A stretch of 64,000 nt of DNA from assembly GCA_963693365.1 (NCBI GenBank), contig CAVNZM010000009.1:9800243-9864242 (forward strand), written 5' to 3'. Under the pieces are notes generated by a model. The model did no database searches and was not told the DNA's origin. It saw nothing but the letters and a program-made list of their open reading frames with translations. Origin of the DNA: Amoebidium appalachense (lineage: Eukaryota; Protista; Ichthyosporea). Position numbers and translations under genes: made by a program. Positions 21,234 through 56,517 of this stretch are shown one piece after another. Within the stretch, counting starts at the first letter, position 1, and each line of letters opens with the position of its first letter.

Positions 21234-22157
21234 TTGCTAGCCGGGAGTACCAGTGTACTCCAACAGGTTCGTCCTGGGTCCCCCGCCTTCCACTCGGCCT
21301 CGAGCAGCCCTGTGGACACCGATGCCCCCCTCACCACCGGTCCTATTCCTGGCTTCCATGCCCCTGTCCCGGCCTCCACCACCTCCCCGGCCACCACCCC
21401 CCTCAAGGACCCCCCCAAACCCAACCTTCGTCGGTCTGCACGTCTCACCAAGCCTCCAACGGCACTGGTCAGCATCACAGCACCGACCATCAACATTGAC
21501 CAACTCCCCAAGGGCATTCAAAAGCTTTGCAACGGTCCCAACGGTGATGCCGTCATAGCTGCCCTCACCTCCGAGTACCAAGCCTTTATCGCCAAGGATG
21601 TCTTTACCGTCGTTGATCCCCCCCCTGATGCCAACATCATCAAGTTCAAGTGGATTGTGACTGAGAAAGTCCTCAACTCAGCCGGTGACACCAAGATCAA
21701 GGCTCGTGGTGTTGCAAAGGGCTTCACTCAAGTCTACGGTGTTGACTACGGTGACACCTCTTCCCCCGTGGTGATGTCCTTCTCCGTCAGTGCCCTCCTT
21801 GCCATCGGTGTGGACGGCAACCATGAGATTCATCAACTCGACGTCTCAACAGCCTTCCTCAACAGTCCTCTTCAAGAAGACATCTACATTGAGCCACTAC
21901 CTGGCTTCATCACCCCCGGCAACGAGCACAAGGTCTGGAAACTCAAGAAGGCACTCTACGGCCTCAAGCAAGCATCACTGGCCTGGTATGAGTACTTCGA
22001 CAAGGTCCTCCTTGCTCACGGTCTTGAACGTCTCCGTTCAGATCCATGTGTCTACATCAAGACCTTCCCCAACGGTGACATCATCCTCACTGGCAACTAC
22101 TAGTATGTGGACGACGTCATCATCATCTGCACGGCCAACTCCTCCCACACCAAGGAT
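21234..22157 (+). pseudogene. Ty1/Copia reverse transcriptase fragment
   Basis: NIIKFKWIV, KIKARGVAKGFTQVYGVDYGDTSSPV, IHQLDVSTAFLNSPLQEDIY, KLKKALYGLKQASLAW, DPCVY, then a stop immediately before YVDDVII; truncated at ~22157. Confidence 0.93.
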
Positions 22158-22347
22158 CTAGTAGTGAAAATTTTTATAAGTATTCTGACTATGTCGGGGA
22201 AGCAGAGACACAGTGGTGCAGTGTAAAAACACCACAGACACACAAACACACAGACGGAACCGATCGGAGAAGTGTACAGAACAGACATCAATGTTTAGAC
22301 ACAACTGAACTGAATTTATTTTGAGATGTGCTTATCCCCAATGTAAT

Positions 22348-22435
22348 TTGATTCACATTCAATGTGAATCAATCTTGTATCCCGGGAATTTTTGAAAATC
22401 GGTCAATTAGGGTGATTCACATTAAATGTGAATCA
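22348..22435. repeat. Two palindromic subterminal motifs at the left end of the piggyBac-like element
   Basis: ttgattcacatt-c-aatgtgaatcaa (22348-22372) and tgattcacatt-a-aatgtgaatca (22413-22435). Confidence 0.9.
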
Positions 22436-23002
22436 AAACCCCCTCTTCAAAAAACAGAGTTTTTTCCCGTATAAATGACCCGGTGGGGTCGAAACTTTGC
22501 AAGAGCGAAGTAAACATATATAGTTTTCAAAGCCCCGCGGCTGTGTATAGTTTGTATATGGGCTTTGCGGCGCAGCGAGGGCGTGCTGGCACACAAAGTT
22601 GGATATCGACAACCCATAGAATGATCAATGCCTGCAATCGACTGATTGATGTAAGTGTGCTGCCTTTATGATATGTTACCTCATAATGAGCTTCTGAACA
22701 GCGTTTCATCTATTGAGTAAAGATGAAGGTCGACCAGTTTCAATGCTTTACACCCCTCGAAGACTGAAAACCATTGGTTGTTACACAAAGGAAAACCATA
22801 TATGGTGTTTAGACGTAGCCTTTTTTGGCTCTTGTAAACAAAGCAACGGCACCGTGGCCCCTTGAAAGAGCTGCACGTAGATCATCTTCCCATACCCGTG
22901 ATTGAATTGCACCGTTATATTGTCACTTCTCCTTGATATATACCAGTAGTTGGTGTCTCTTACAATGCACACAAAGAATGGACGGGGGCATGGAACTTGG
23001 TG

Positions 23003-24243
23003 ATGGCAGTGGTGCGGGGGTTCGAAGCAGGGACACTTGACTCGGATTTCTTTGACAATATTTTTTCCGACGATAGCACACAGAGTGATACGGAAGACAG
23101 TGAGGCTACAGAGAATACCGCTCTCTCAGGGAAATGGCGTATTTTTGACTCCAAGCAAGTAGACATAACACTCAAAGCAGACGATATTGAAAACAGGCTC
23201 CTAGACACGTTCAGGAAGGAAATCACAGAGATACGAAACCGTGTGAAAGCCCACGTTTCAGGAAACGCAACCATTAGCCACGCCCTCAACCTTTTCTTTT
23301 CACCACTCATTCTCCAAACACTTCTTGAACATATGAATGTTGGACTGCGTGCAAGCAAGAAGAGGACTGCTTCAATATACGAGCTGCACGGTTTCTTGAA
23401 AGTGATATGCTATTTGTCATTCTACCGTGTGTCCCCCTCCGTGTTCTATGACAGCACACTGAATCACGCATTCCCAGATGCACGCACGTACCTGCCCCAC
23501 AACCGGTTCAACGAATTGCTGGGCGCGCTGTCAAGCACCCCCCCCACACAACATGATGGTGAGACCGGGCGCACATGGAATTTGCAGTTCCGCCAAACCA
23601 ACATCCGTCTTCTTGAATTCGAGCAACTGGCATCACAGCGCATGGCGGAAATGTGCTTTGTGCCGAACGTTTCCGTGCTCATTGAAGATGATGACCATCT
23701 GCGGCTTAGGTCAAATGTTGTTGAAGAAACGGATTTCGTACGTGTTAACAACCCAATCAAGGCATACGGGCCCGTAAACCACCTTCTCGGATCTTTGTTG
23801 ACTGGGTGCCCTATATCAGCACATGTGGGTCAGCGTGCACAATCAGTGGACGACATTTTCGGTGTGCTGTGGTCTCGGGTGACCCCAAAGTTTCCGAATA
23901 CGACCGGTTTTCGGAACTCTTTCGGAGTTGATAGGGGTTACAACTCGAGGGAGCTTACAAATTCGGCACTTAGCATGGGCCTCCAACTCCATGGGACCCA
24001 CAAACGTGGACCCAACTTTCCGTTCACCTTTGGAGTCCCACCGGAGAAGGTGAAGGGCAACGTTCAACTTGTTAGCACTGTCGGTGCTAAGGCAGCATAC
24101 TGGGCGGAGAGGAAGGCGGAGGGTATGGTGCCCCCCCCCCCCCTCCCCCCCCCCCCCCCCCCTCTCCCTCCCCGGGGGTCCCCATGCCCGCTCTCCCCCT
24201 CCCCCCCTCCCCCTCCCCCCTCGCCCCCGCCTCTCGCCTTCGC

Positions 24244-24320
<77 letters not shown>

Positions 24321-24447
24321 CTGGCACACAACACACAGACACACACAACACATAGACACACACAACACATAGACACAAAAACACAGACACACGAACAAAC
24401 AGGCACACGTACACACACACATACACACATACACACACACACACACG

Positions 24448-24490
<43 letters not shown>

Positions 24491-25198
24491 GCACACATAC
24501 AGAGACATACACACACACGCACGCATGCCTACACACACTGACAGATACACGCAGCGGACAAACACAGACATGCATATTCACACACACCATGCAGCACACA
24601 TACACAGGCACATACACACACACGTACACACACATGCACGAGCACGCACACACTCACACACGCACACACGCACACGCGCACACACACACAAACACTCACA
24701 CACACGCACACACACACACGTGCACGCACTCACGCGCACATGCGCCCACACACACACACACGAGCATGCACACGCGCACGCGCACACGCACACGCACACG
24801 CACACGCACATGCACACACACACACACGAGGCACGCATGCACACACGTGCAGATGCACTAACTCAATCATGTACATGCATCATTTGTAGAGTACTCTGGC
24901 AGGGATTTTCCACAGTTCTTCAATTTGTGCCCTTCAAGCTTTTGAAAGTTTTATTTACATTTCTTTTTGATTACTGACATAAAATGCACAGGTGTACGTG
25001 GGGGACCGGAGGTGAAACTAACTGCGCTTGCGTATCGTGGGGGGTTTGGTTCTGTGGGTCTACTACAAACCTGCGATCCGGCAGCTGGCAAGGGGATGTG
25101 GACATACAGGGTTGCAAACAAGAGGTGTGTCTTACATGCTTTATATTTCACCGTGTTTATTTGTGTGCATGTGTTTTGGATGTGTGTGTGCCTTTCTT

Positions 25199-25233
<35 letters not shown>

Positions 25234-25477
25234 GGGGGGGGGGGAGGGGGGGGGGATTAGGCTTGCTTTTTTTTTTGGGGGGGGGGGGGGAGGGGGGGGG
25301 GGGGGAAGGGGGAGGAGGGGGGGGGGGGATAGGCTTGCGCTGTTCGTGTGGGTGTGTGTATGAATGCATCTGAACGGCACTGTGTCAGTTGTGTTTGTGT
25401 GTGGAGAGTGAGTATTTGTGCTGTGCTTTGTACTATGGCTGCCTCGTGTATGTTGAGGGAGTGAGTGTGTGTGTGTG

Positions 25478-25525
<48 letters not shown>

Positions 25526-28327
25526 GGATGGAAGAGGGGGGGGGGGGTAGGAAGGTATGTTTTTCGAGTGGGGGGGGGGGGGAGGGGGAGGGGGTGCCAA
25601 GGAGGGTTCGGGAGAAGGGGGTTGTGTGCCCATATAGGTGTGCGCGCTGTGTGCGGGCAACGAATTTGTGCTGAATGCGCATACATATTGTCGATGCCCA
25701 TGCAAAGTACACGTAGAAAATGATTATGAACCCAAGATCTAATATTTCATACAGGGAGAAGCTGGACCTCGTGGTCACCTCCTCAATGCCCACCTGGCTG
25801 TGTATGGAGGGCATCTTGTGGCCCAGGGACGGCAACGATCAGCAGCCTCAGACCGACGCGGCACCTACCACCGGTGCTGAGATCCCGTCACAACCCTCCT
25901 CTCCTGCGTCAGTGCCCACCCCCTCCCCCGCTGGGCCAAAGGGGAGATGAGCAGGCAGCACAACGAGTGGTTACTCTTACCACAGGCCAGGCATCCCCCG
26001 AATGGTTTGCCTTCCGTCAGTTTATGATTACGTCCACTGGTGCTGCAGAGGTGCTGCGCCAACTGCGGGCGGAGGATGTCCTCGATGATGCGCATGTCGA
26101 TGTTCTCCGCAACAAGATCGGCTTCACCATACCCAGCGCACGGGATGCAGGGGTCGACGACGTGGAGGTTGCAGCCCGATCCTACAGCGAAGAGGAGCTC
26201 AGCAAATTAAAGGTGCCAGATCTTAAGAGCCTGGCATCCAAATGCGGGCTATCTTCGGCGGGCAAGAAGGCAGATTTGCTTCAGCGGCTCACGGAACATT
26301 TTGCCAGCAGTGTCTCGCAGGACAATGCCGGCCCTCGCCCACCGCCACCCCCCCCACTGCCTTCTGACCAAGTGCCCCGTTGGCAGTTTGCGTCTGCACT
26401 TCCGCGCGCAGACACACGAATGGGTCAGCCACCCCACGTGCAGCCACCTCTCACTGCGGAAGGGCACCAATTTGGTCCACCCACTAATCCTGCTGCACCT
26501 CATATGGGAGTGACTGGTGGCCCTTTTGGTGTACCTCAGGGGTATCACCGGACCTATGTGCCCATGCCCCAACCCGGCTTTGCCCTGCCCACCCAGTATG
26601 CTAATTACCAGCCGTCGGTGCATGCGCGCGACAACCGGCCACAGGTACCACCGGCTGAGCCTGTGCCTACACACCAGCCACCCGAGGCACCCTCACAACC
26701 GGCACAGCACCAAGTCGGCAGCTCTGCGCGCGGTAGTGTGAGCGAATCGCCGGCAGTGGCAGCACAATCACGTGCCCGTGCAGTTGATGTTGCTCTGCTG
26801 CGTGCGTGGTTCCTAGAAGTGCAGCGCACAGACGGCATGGCAAGTGGGTCCCGCAACGAAGCTAATGTGCGCCGTGCGCTTCCATTGTTTTTGGAGGACC
26901 ACAGTCAGTGGAGGGTGGATGGTCCCATATGTGAGGCTGGCCTTGTGTGCGTTCGTGAGAAGCCGTATATGGGTGCGTCTGTGGATGGTACCTTGCGTTT
27001 GTTGGACACGTCTGACAATACAGCACACGGCGCAATTCTGGAGATCAAAACAATGACGTCACCCACAACCACCCGAGAAGCAACTGTGCGTTCAATCACA
27101 CACGGCCGGTCTGTGGAATGTGAATTCGGGGATGACACCTGCCGTATCATGGTCCACAGCGCATCCTATCGGTGCCAACTACTGCATCACGCCGCAGTGT
27201 ATGGAGTCAACCGTGCCGTTTTTGCAGTGGGGGCAACCGACACAATCCTATACGCTGTGGTCGTCAAGTTCCCCCAGCGGGTGTTGGACGACTACTGCTC
27301 TGTGCTTGCCATGATCGCGCAACGACACCTGCGGTGGGTGTATGGGAACAACGAACCCCCCTGCTTCACACCGGCGGAGCTGAAGGGGCTCTCAGCAGTC
27401 GACAACGACACAGTTGTGAGTAGTCTGCACCTGTGGCGAGCCCTGCACAATCTTCGCGTCAAACACGGGGGGGCCCTACCAACTGCTGCCGCCATCTTGC
27501 CAACGGCAGTGGGCTGGTGGAACTCCACCAAAGGTGCTGTGGACATAATATCGCGGTACCTCGCCAATGTCAAGCTGGACATCAAAGGATTGCCCCCCGC
27601 TGGGGCAATTTACCTGCGAACGATTCAGCTCCTTTTGCTTTGTTCATTTCAATGCCACCGTATTATGGCGTTGGGAGACCGCTTGCAAGAGGTGCAATCG
27701 TATGTCCAGGGTCGTGACATGCTGAACCACGAGAGTTCATTTCGAGTGTTTGTTGCACGCGCGCCAGTGGAATGGCAATTGCCCCCGCACGTGTCGCAAT
27801 TAACGGCGCAGCTTCTCGCGGAGTCCTCGCCGAGCGGTGGTCCTGCACCTCCCCTACGCCACTCCCCCCGGTTTCCACGCGTAGCCGCGGCCGCCCCACC
27901 CGAACCACATACACCCCAACGCCGCCAGTCACCGCGGCTTGCCAAACGCAGCCGGTCTGTCTTTCAGCAAAGCGACACTGATCTGGAGCAGCCAAGCAAA
28001 TTTCCGCGCTTGACTAGGCAAATCCGGCAGGGGTATTGGGGTACGGGTGAGGGCAGGCAGTTTCGGCTGAACAAGACCAAACCCCACGTCATCGTGCAAA
28101 ATGAGGACCGAGGCAATTGCGCATTATGCGCTTACTTCAAGAAGGTGGCGCCTGGCAAAAGGTCACGCATAGGTGGCTCGTCACAAGCCAGTTGTGAGGC
28201 ATGCAACGTACGTTTGTGCTCCAGGCGCAAGTCCAGTAATCCAAACGCCAAATCCTGCTTCGATATATGGCACACGAACAAGGATATCAAAACACCTGAA
28301 TACTGGGCAGATTACGAGCCTCCGTAG
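23003..28327 (+). CDS. piggyBac-like transposase with an inserted YqaJ/lambda-exonuclease domain and SAP domain
   Basis: Exons ~23003-24122, 24992-~25123, 25755-28327 (one probable frameshift near 25940; start codon uncertain). Asp motifs [32 protein letters not shown]; [11 protein letters not shown]. Insert: [48 protein letters not shown] (SAP), [38 protein letters not shown]-terminus [19 protein letters not shown]. Confidence 0.85.
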
Positions 28328-28468
28328 ACACGGTGGTCGCAGTGTGAAATGATTGGTTAAGTTAGAGTCACGTCACTTGCAGGCTTTGCTGTTGCCAAAA
28401 AGTTCTTCTTGTGTTTTTTCCTTTCCCCTCCCCCCCCCCCCCCCCCCCCCCCCCTTTTTTTTTTTTGG

Positions 28469-28516
<48 letters not shown>

Positions 28517-29185
28517 GCGTGTGTGGTGGTGGTGTATGATGGTGGTGGTGGTGGGGGGGGGGGGGGGGGGGGGGGGAGGGGAGGGCTCGGGAGGGGGGGG
28601 GGGGGGGGGATTGCCTATGATACCCAAGTTAACCGTTAGAGGGACTGTTGTAATTTCAAGTGTAAGACACTTAATAGTTCAGATTTCGTGGTCTTCTACT
28701 ACTGTATATATATTCTTGTGTTGCTAAGATCAGAGTGTACCAGTATCACAGTTATTTTTCGGAACATTATGTAAAAATTTGTTTAGACATTTAGAAGGAG
28801 CTTCAAGCTGAGTTACTGTATCATTGAATAAAAAATTCGTTTGAACGTGAAATTCCAAGTGTACGCAAACCTGCATGTCCGACCAATTATTATGGCAATC
28901 TACAAATTTGGACACTTGTTCACTATAAAATACATGGGAAAGAACCAGCAAAACATGCAGCTCGCCTGGCTGAGTATGTGCATACGTTTGCCCCCCCCCC
29001 CCCCCCCCCCCCCCCTCCCCTCTCCTCCTCCTCCCTCCCTCTCTCTAATAACAACAACAACATCCGCCTGACCACACACACACGCACACGCGCTACTGCC
29101 ATCACCCAACCGTGATAGTAACCACCGAACACACACACACACACAACACACTGTTACACACACACACATGTACACACACACACTG

Positions 29186-29280
<95 letters not shown>

Positions 29281-29343
29281 GGCACACACACACATACATG
29301 TACACACACACACACACCCGGCCGTGCACACACACATACACAC

Positions 29344-29387
<44 letters not shown>

Positions 29388-29400
29388 TACACACACCATT

Positions 29401-29520
<120 letters not shown>

Positions 29521-29613
29521 ACACACACCATTGCACACACACACACACACGCACATGTACACACACACACACACACACACACACCGTGACACACACACAC
29601 ACACACGCACACA

Positions 29614-29678
<65 letters not shown>

Positions 29679-29975
29679 CGTACACACATGTGCACACCGC
29701 CACACACACACACACACACACACGCACACACATACACCCACCCACCCGGCACCCACCCACCCACCCACCCACCCACCCACCCACTCACACACATGCGCGC
29801 ACACACACCTACAGACGCACGCTATTCATTTGGCAGGCACTATGACATGCCGGCATTAAAAGCCCTCGCACGCTGCACGTGTCACTTAGTCACTAATTAG
29901 TATGATATGTCGGATCACGTGGCCCCCCCGCTGGCGCGGCCGCGATCATGTGAGTCGCGACTCGAAGTCGCCAAG

Positions 29976-30200
29976 TTGATTCACATTGTTTTCAGATTGA
30001 TTCACATTGTTTGGAGCTCGCACCACCTCTCGAACGTCTCTAAGTAACATGAAAAATATAGACATAAACACCCAAAAAAAATTATATGGGCGTTTTTTTG
30101 ACTACCAGAACTAAGTTTTTGCTTAAGTAACATGTATTTTTTGACCAAAGGGTAAAAATTGAGAAGCGCCACAAAATTGATTCACATTGAATGTGAATCA
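29976..30200. repeat. Right-end subterminal motifs of the piggyBac-like element
   Basis: Half-sites ttgattcacattgtt at 29976 and 29997; full palindrome at 30177-30200. Confidence 0.9.
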
Positions 30201-31114
30201 TCCGGACTACAGGGGGGTTATATAACTGCAATCACTAAGTCAAACCTATGTGTGATTTCCGACCAGTCGGAAATCAGAATAGATATCGGATAGACCAATC
30301 ATAATGGACTGATCACTACAGCAATAATCCAACACTCGCAATAGATCACGGCAAGGCATATTAAGAACACAGTCACGAAGAAACTGTAAACCTTGACACT
30401 AATTTCTAACCTATTATTGAGGTTAACGGCAGGGACACGTTATGACTAGTCTAGTGATTGGTTAGACCGCGGCAATTCGCAAAACAAACATAGTTGAATA
30501 AACTATTGACACATAAAATAGTACATGGTGTAGCCTATGTGTTTTTCTTCCAATCAAAACACAACTACTTCACACGAATTGACTCAACGTATATTAGTGA
30601 GAAAGAACAGTGATCACACACATGAACACCAGGGAAAAGGAGGAAAGAAAAGAGAAGAAGAGAAAGAGAGAAAAAGAGAGGAACACAGAACAACAAACAT
30701 GAACACGATAGCACAGTTACAACATAAGATATTCATGTACACACAAACATGTGCACGAGCACTCCTACTGAGTGGATTCGTGCAGGCACATATCTATATG
30801 CTAATCTTTAGATCAACACACGATTAGAGCCAATATGACACGATTACAGACACGAAAACATGTTTGAGATCGATTAACAATTTTACGAACAAGGAGGGTG
30901 ACTTTTACATTAATGCTATGAACTGAATCATAAACACAAACTGAAAGATCTTACACATGTACAAACTACGTACTTCAACATCCCCACTTAAGACTTGAAG
31001 TTTGTGTTCTCACATATATCCCCACTGTATCTCTAAAAACTCCCCACTTGAGAACGGAAACGGAAAGTGAAAAAAAAAAAAAAAAAAAAAGAAATAAAAA
31101 TTAAAGGATGGGGC

Positions 31115-31167
<53 letters not shown>

Positions 31168-31227
31168 ACAACAGCAAAGGAAGGAAAACAACCAAGGAAG
31201 AAAATAAAATATGCAGGTTAAGGTATA

Positions 31228-31546
31228 TAGGTATATAAGCACGACAGTTTTCAGCAGATCAGCAAGCTACAAACACATCTTCTGTGTTTAGCATCCACAG
31301 CCTTACAGCTATATATTCCTTTTTCATCCACCCACCTACACCCACACTCAACCCCCATTGATCCACACATACGTGCTGTTTTTTCATGGGGCGAAGACTT
31401 CCCCCGTTTTTTGGGCACATGGACCTCACGGATCAATAAATTGATGACTGGGGGCTTGCCGTGGTTTACAACCATTGCAGGTTCACTTTCGTCCAAGGGG
31501 ATGTCCCCCTAGAGGCAACACACGTCCCGGAGTAGTTTTTCATAGA
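31228..31546 (+). mobile_element. Dispersed LTR-like repeat, copy 3 (5'-truncated near the TATA box)
   Basis: Near-identical to the 3' ~320 bp of copies 1 and 2, with the same 3' end. Confidence 0.8.
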
Positions 31547-31589
31547 AGACTGGTTTCTCTTTGCCTCGAGTAAACAGCGTAAACCCCAA

Positions 31590-40090
<8,501 letters not shown>

Positions 40091-40228
40091 CCTCCCCCCC
40101 CACCATCCCCCCCCCCCCTGCCCCCCCCCCCCCCCTCCCCTCCCCCCTCTCCCTCCTTTTCCCCTTACCCCCCCCCCCCCCCTCCCCCCGCCAGCTCCCC
40201 TCTCTCCCTCCTCCTCTCTCTCTCTCTC

Positions 40229-40263
<35 letters not shown>

Positions 40264-40553
40264 ACGCTGCCTTCACCCTGTCCACACCTTTGCGAGAGGG
40301 CCCCTGGACACACACAGGGACACGCACAGGCAAACTTGTATACGCACACACATGCACATGCGCATGTGCACAACACACGTGCACGTTCCTTGCATAATTG
40401 AAACACAGACCCCAAGACATAACACCATGCGCGCAAACATCCATCCATGCACATATACAAACACAAATATTCACGTGCACACGTGGCAAAACACACACAC
40501 TCACACGTCACATGGGGAGACTGTGCCACGGATGGGTGGGTGGGTGGGTGGGT

Positions 40554-40586
<33 letters not shown>

Positions 40587-40865
40587 TCCCGTTACTTGGT
40601 TGAAATTATTATTGGCCTGGTCGTGACGTATATATTACTGCCCAAGTACTGTGTGCAGCTGAACGATTATCAGTTGTGCAGTTGATAGTAAGTGAAGAAG
40701 CTTCTACGGTAAATATTCAGAACACATGCAAGGCACCGTGATCACGACATCAGGCCATGCTCGTATGATTAACTGGAGAATGCGTTTCGTACAAATTCAA
40801 TTTTTGCCAATCTGAAACTTTTATTTCGAAGCCTTTCCGAAAGTGTGAAAACCTCCCGTCCCACT

Positions 40866-40961
<96 letters not shown>

Positions 40962-41269
40962 TGTGTGCAGTTGTGTGTTCAAATTTGGTGTAGCGTGTTT
41001 GTGTGCAGCTGCATATGGTAACCGTTACGGGGGGATTCTTCGACTCAAAAGGATTCAGCCTACATACTATAATGCACATGCCACGGCCGTATACATATAT
41101 CTTGTTGATCTCTGCTATTTCAAAATTTCTCCTGCGCCGCGGCTTTTACACATATCCTTTTCTCTCTCTCTCTGACCGTGACCAACAACTTTGCCTCAGT
41201 GAGCTATGGGGATCCGGAACGGGAGGGTCTTGGAGGGGGTGGGAGTTGACACGCGCTCGGGGGGGGGAG

Positions 41270-41319
41270 GGGGAGGGACGGAGGGAGGGAGGGAGGGAGG
41301 GAGGGAGGGAGGGAGGGAG

Positions 41320-41380
<61 letters not shown>

Positions 41381-41423
41381 GGAGAGAGGGAGAGAGACAG
41401 AGAGAGAGAGAGGGGGGGGGGGG

Positions 41424-41460
<37 letters not shown>

Positions 41461-41473
41461 AGAGAGAGAGAGT

Positions 41474-41528
<55 letters not shown>

Positions 41529-41624
41529 CTCCGGCGAGAGAGAGAGAGAGGGGGGGAGGGAGAGAGAGAGAGAGAGAGAGACCGCCCGCTCAAGAGAGAG
41601 AGAGAGAGAGAGACCGCCCGCTCA

Positions 41625-41695
<71 letters not shown>

Positions 41696-41792
41696 AGTGA
41701 GGGAGGGAGGGAGGGAGAGAGAGGGAGGGAGAGAGAGGGAGAGTGGGGGGGGGGAGAGAGAGAGAGAGAGGGCTCGGAGAGGGAGAGGGAGG

Positions 41793-41859
<67 letters not shown>

Positions 41860-41880
41860 GGGGAGGGGGCTGAGGGGGGG
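41270..41880. repeat. Long (GA)n/polypurine tract upstream of the ligase promoter
   Basis: ~600 bp of GA/GGGA repeats. Confidence 0.9.
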
Positions 41881-41957
41881 GGGAAGGGAACCGGCAGTGG
41901 GGGAGGGGAGGGCGGCCCCTTTTGACGCCGACTCGGCTCCGTAGGAATCGGCGAGGA

Positions 41958-41968
41958 TTTCGCGCCAG
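41958..41968 (+). promoter_or_regulatory. E2F-type site upstream of the ligase gene
   Basis: TTTCGCGCC about 325 bp upstream of ATG 42286. Confidence 0.3.
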
Positions 41969-42285
41969 ATTTCGTTGAAGCCAACCAAAACCTATAAATC
42001 CGTGTTTGCGCAATCACGATATGATGTTTTGGACCCTTCATTTTTTTGTTTTGTTGACCTGCAGAACGCCACCCCCCCCCCCATCCCCATCTCCCTTCCC
42101 CCTCCCTCTTTTCCACGAAGAACACGGCATGATGGGTTGAGTTCAAGAGACATGCATGAAATTGGCGTGAAAAAATGCACAACAGACCATCTCACAAAAC
42201 CAACCACAAAACTTATAGGATATGGTTTTTGGAGCAAGAAACAATCCAACCTGAGCACGTTAAGTCAAACCAAGTTACAACAGAA

Positions 42286-54741
<12,456 letters not shown>

Positions 54742-55199
54742 AACTAGGCAAATTTACAGGGTGCATGCTAAATTCATTTATTAAAGACATGTATTGATCC
54801 GTGTATTACCAATCAATCGGGATATGACTGTGTTGTACATAACTTATGCCCCATATATTGTTGCGAAAATTTGATATTCTCTATTAATTAGCTCATTACA
54901 CATGTATTGCACGGGAAAATGGGTGGGCGGGTGGGTGGGGGTGGGTCGGGGGGGGGGGGGGGGGGGGGGGGGGGGAGATAATCAGGTTTTCGAAGGACCC
55001 GGCCTAGATTTACCTATGGAAACTGCATGTACAGAATGACAAACCACTTGACAACGTGTATAGAAGTTACTGGTGCTCTCAGCTTTCGAACCTTCATGAT
55101 CTGCTGCACAGCAAGTCGGATTTCCAAATGTTTGAATATAATTGCAATGACACTGGTAAAGTTCTTTAGTGAATGAGAATGTGTGTGTTGGGGTTGGGG

Positions 55200-55252
<53 letters not shown>

Positions 55253-56101
55253 CGTGTGTGCACGAGTGCGAGCGCACGCACGCGCGTGCGTGTGTCTTTG
55301 TGTGTGGGTGTGGGTGTGTGTGTGCGTGTGTGGGTGTGTTTTTTGTGCCCCCGCACGTGTGTTTGTGGGGCTGCGCTCTTGTAGCCAAATCCAAATCAGA
55401 GAGGTTGGGTTTTTAATGTTTTTTTTACCCCCTAACTAAACCTTGGAGAAGTTACACCTGTGTTTCCACGTACGATGATCTCTTTAAATCGTGAACTATT
55501 CTATTAGCTTTGTACCTTGTTGGCTGTAGGAACTGTGGGCATGATGCCGGCACCTTGTCAGAACTCACATGATTGTCTAAAATAAACAACACACATGTCA
55601 TTATCTCTTATTCTGCGATGTGCATGAATGGCCGCAATAGAAAATTCCTGGAATGGGGGAGAAATCTGTGGAGAGGCGGGAAAGAGGGACTGGGGGGGGG
55701 GGGGGGGGGGGGGGGGGGGGGCGACATGCATATGCGCATGTGTATTATAACACGAATTCTTGGACATCAGTTTAGAATGGGGTGGTCAAAGCAAATTCGG
55801 GCATCCGGGTCACGTTCTTCAATGATGGCGTCAAAACATGGATTCTTGCTCTGACCGGCCACCCCATGGTAGACTTATCATGGTACGATCTTTATAACAT
55901 CATGATCAAAGTCAATTAAAAGCCAATCGAAATAAGAGAGCTTGACTGAGGCAATTTAAAGGTGAATGACTTAGTAGTACTGCGCATCTGTATTCCCGCG
56001 CACGTTGTAACACACGTGTGTGTGTGTGTGTGTGTGCACGTGCAAGTTTGTGGGTGGGTGGGTGGATGAGTAGGCTTGTATAATTGCATGTGTATGTATG
56101 T

Positions 56102-56147
<46 letters not shown>

Positions 56148-56201
56148 GGGGGGGGGGGGGGTGAGAGAAGGGGGAGGGTGGGAAAGGGGGGAGGCATAAT
56201 C

Positions 56202-56517
56202 GATGATCCCTTCTTTCTCTTTCTCTTTTTTGTCGATCTTTTGTCTTGCACACGTTGTTCATGTGTGCGCCATTTGAATATATGTTATTAGACGCCGGGC
56301 CTGGCCTTCAGGTTGTTGATCGCCAATTTCAAAACCGTTCATTATATTTCAGAAGGTCATTAAGATGATCCCTTCTTTCTCTTTCTCTTTTTTGTCGATC
56401 TTTTGTCTTGCACACGTTGTTCATGTGTGCGCCATTTGAATATATGTTATTAGACGCCGGGCCTGGCCTTCAGGTTGTTGATCGCCAATTTCAAAACCGT
56501 TCATTATATTTCAGAAG
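56202..56517 (+). repeat. Near-exact tandem duplication of ~154 bp (period 162)
   Basis: gatgatcccttctttctct...cattatatttcagaag at 56202-56355 and 56364-56517. Confidence 0.92.

Noticed and set aside
19121-22157. A single intact Copia element made of the gag and RT pieces
   Set aside because: Opposite strands pointing apart; no integrase, RNase H, LTR pair or primer-binding site seen
40100-41250. Alternative first exon(s) that could make the inverted ligase copy a chimeric gene (donor-like gtaacg at ~40595, minus strand)
   Set aside because: No open frame leads to the donor, and the copy has a frameshift and lacks motifs IV-V
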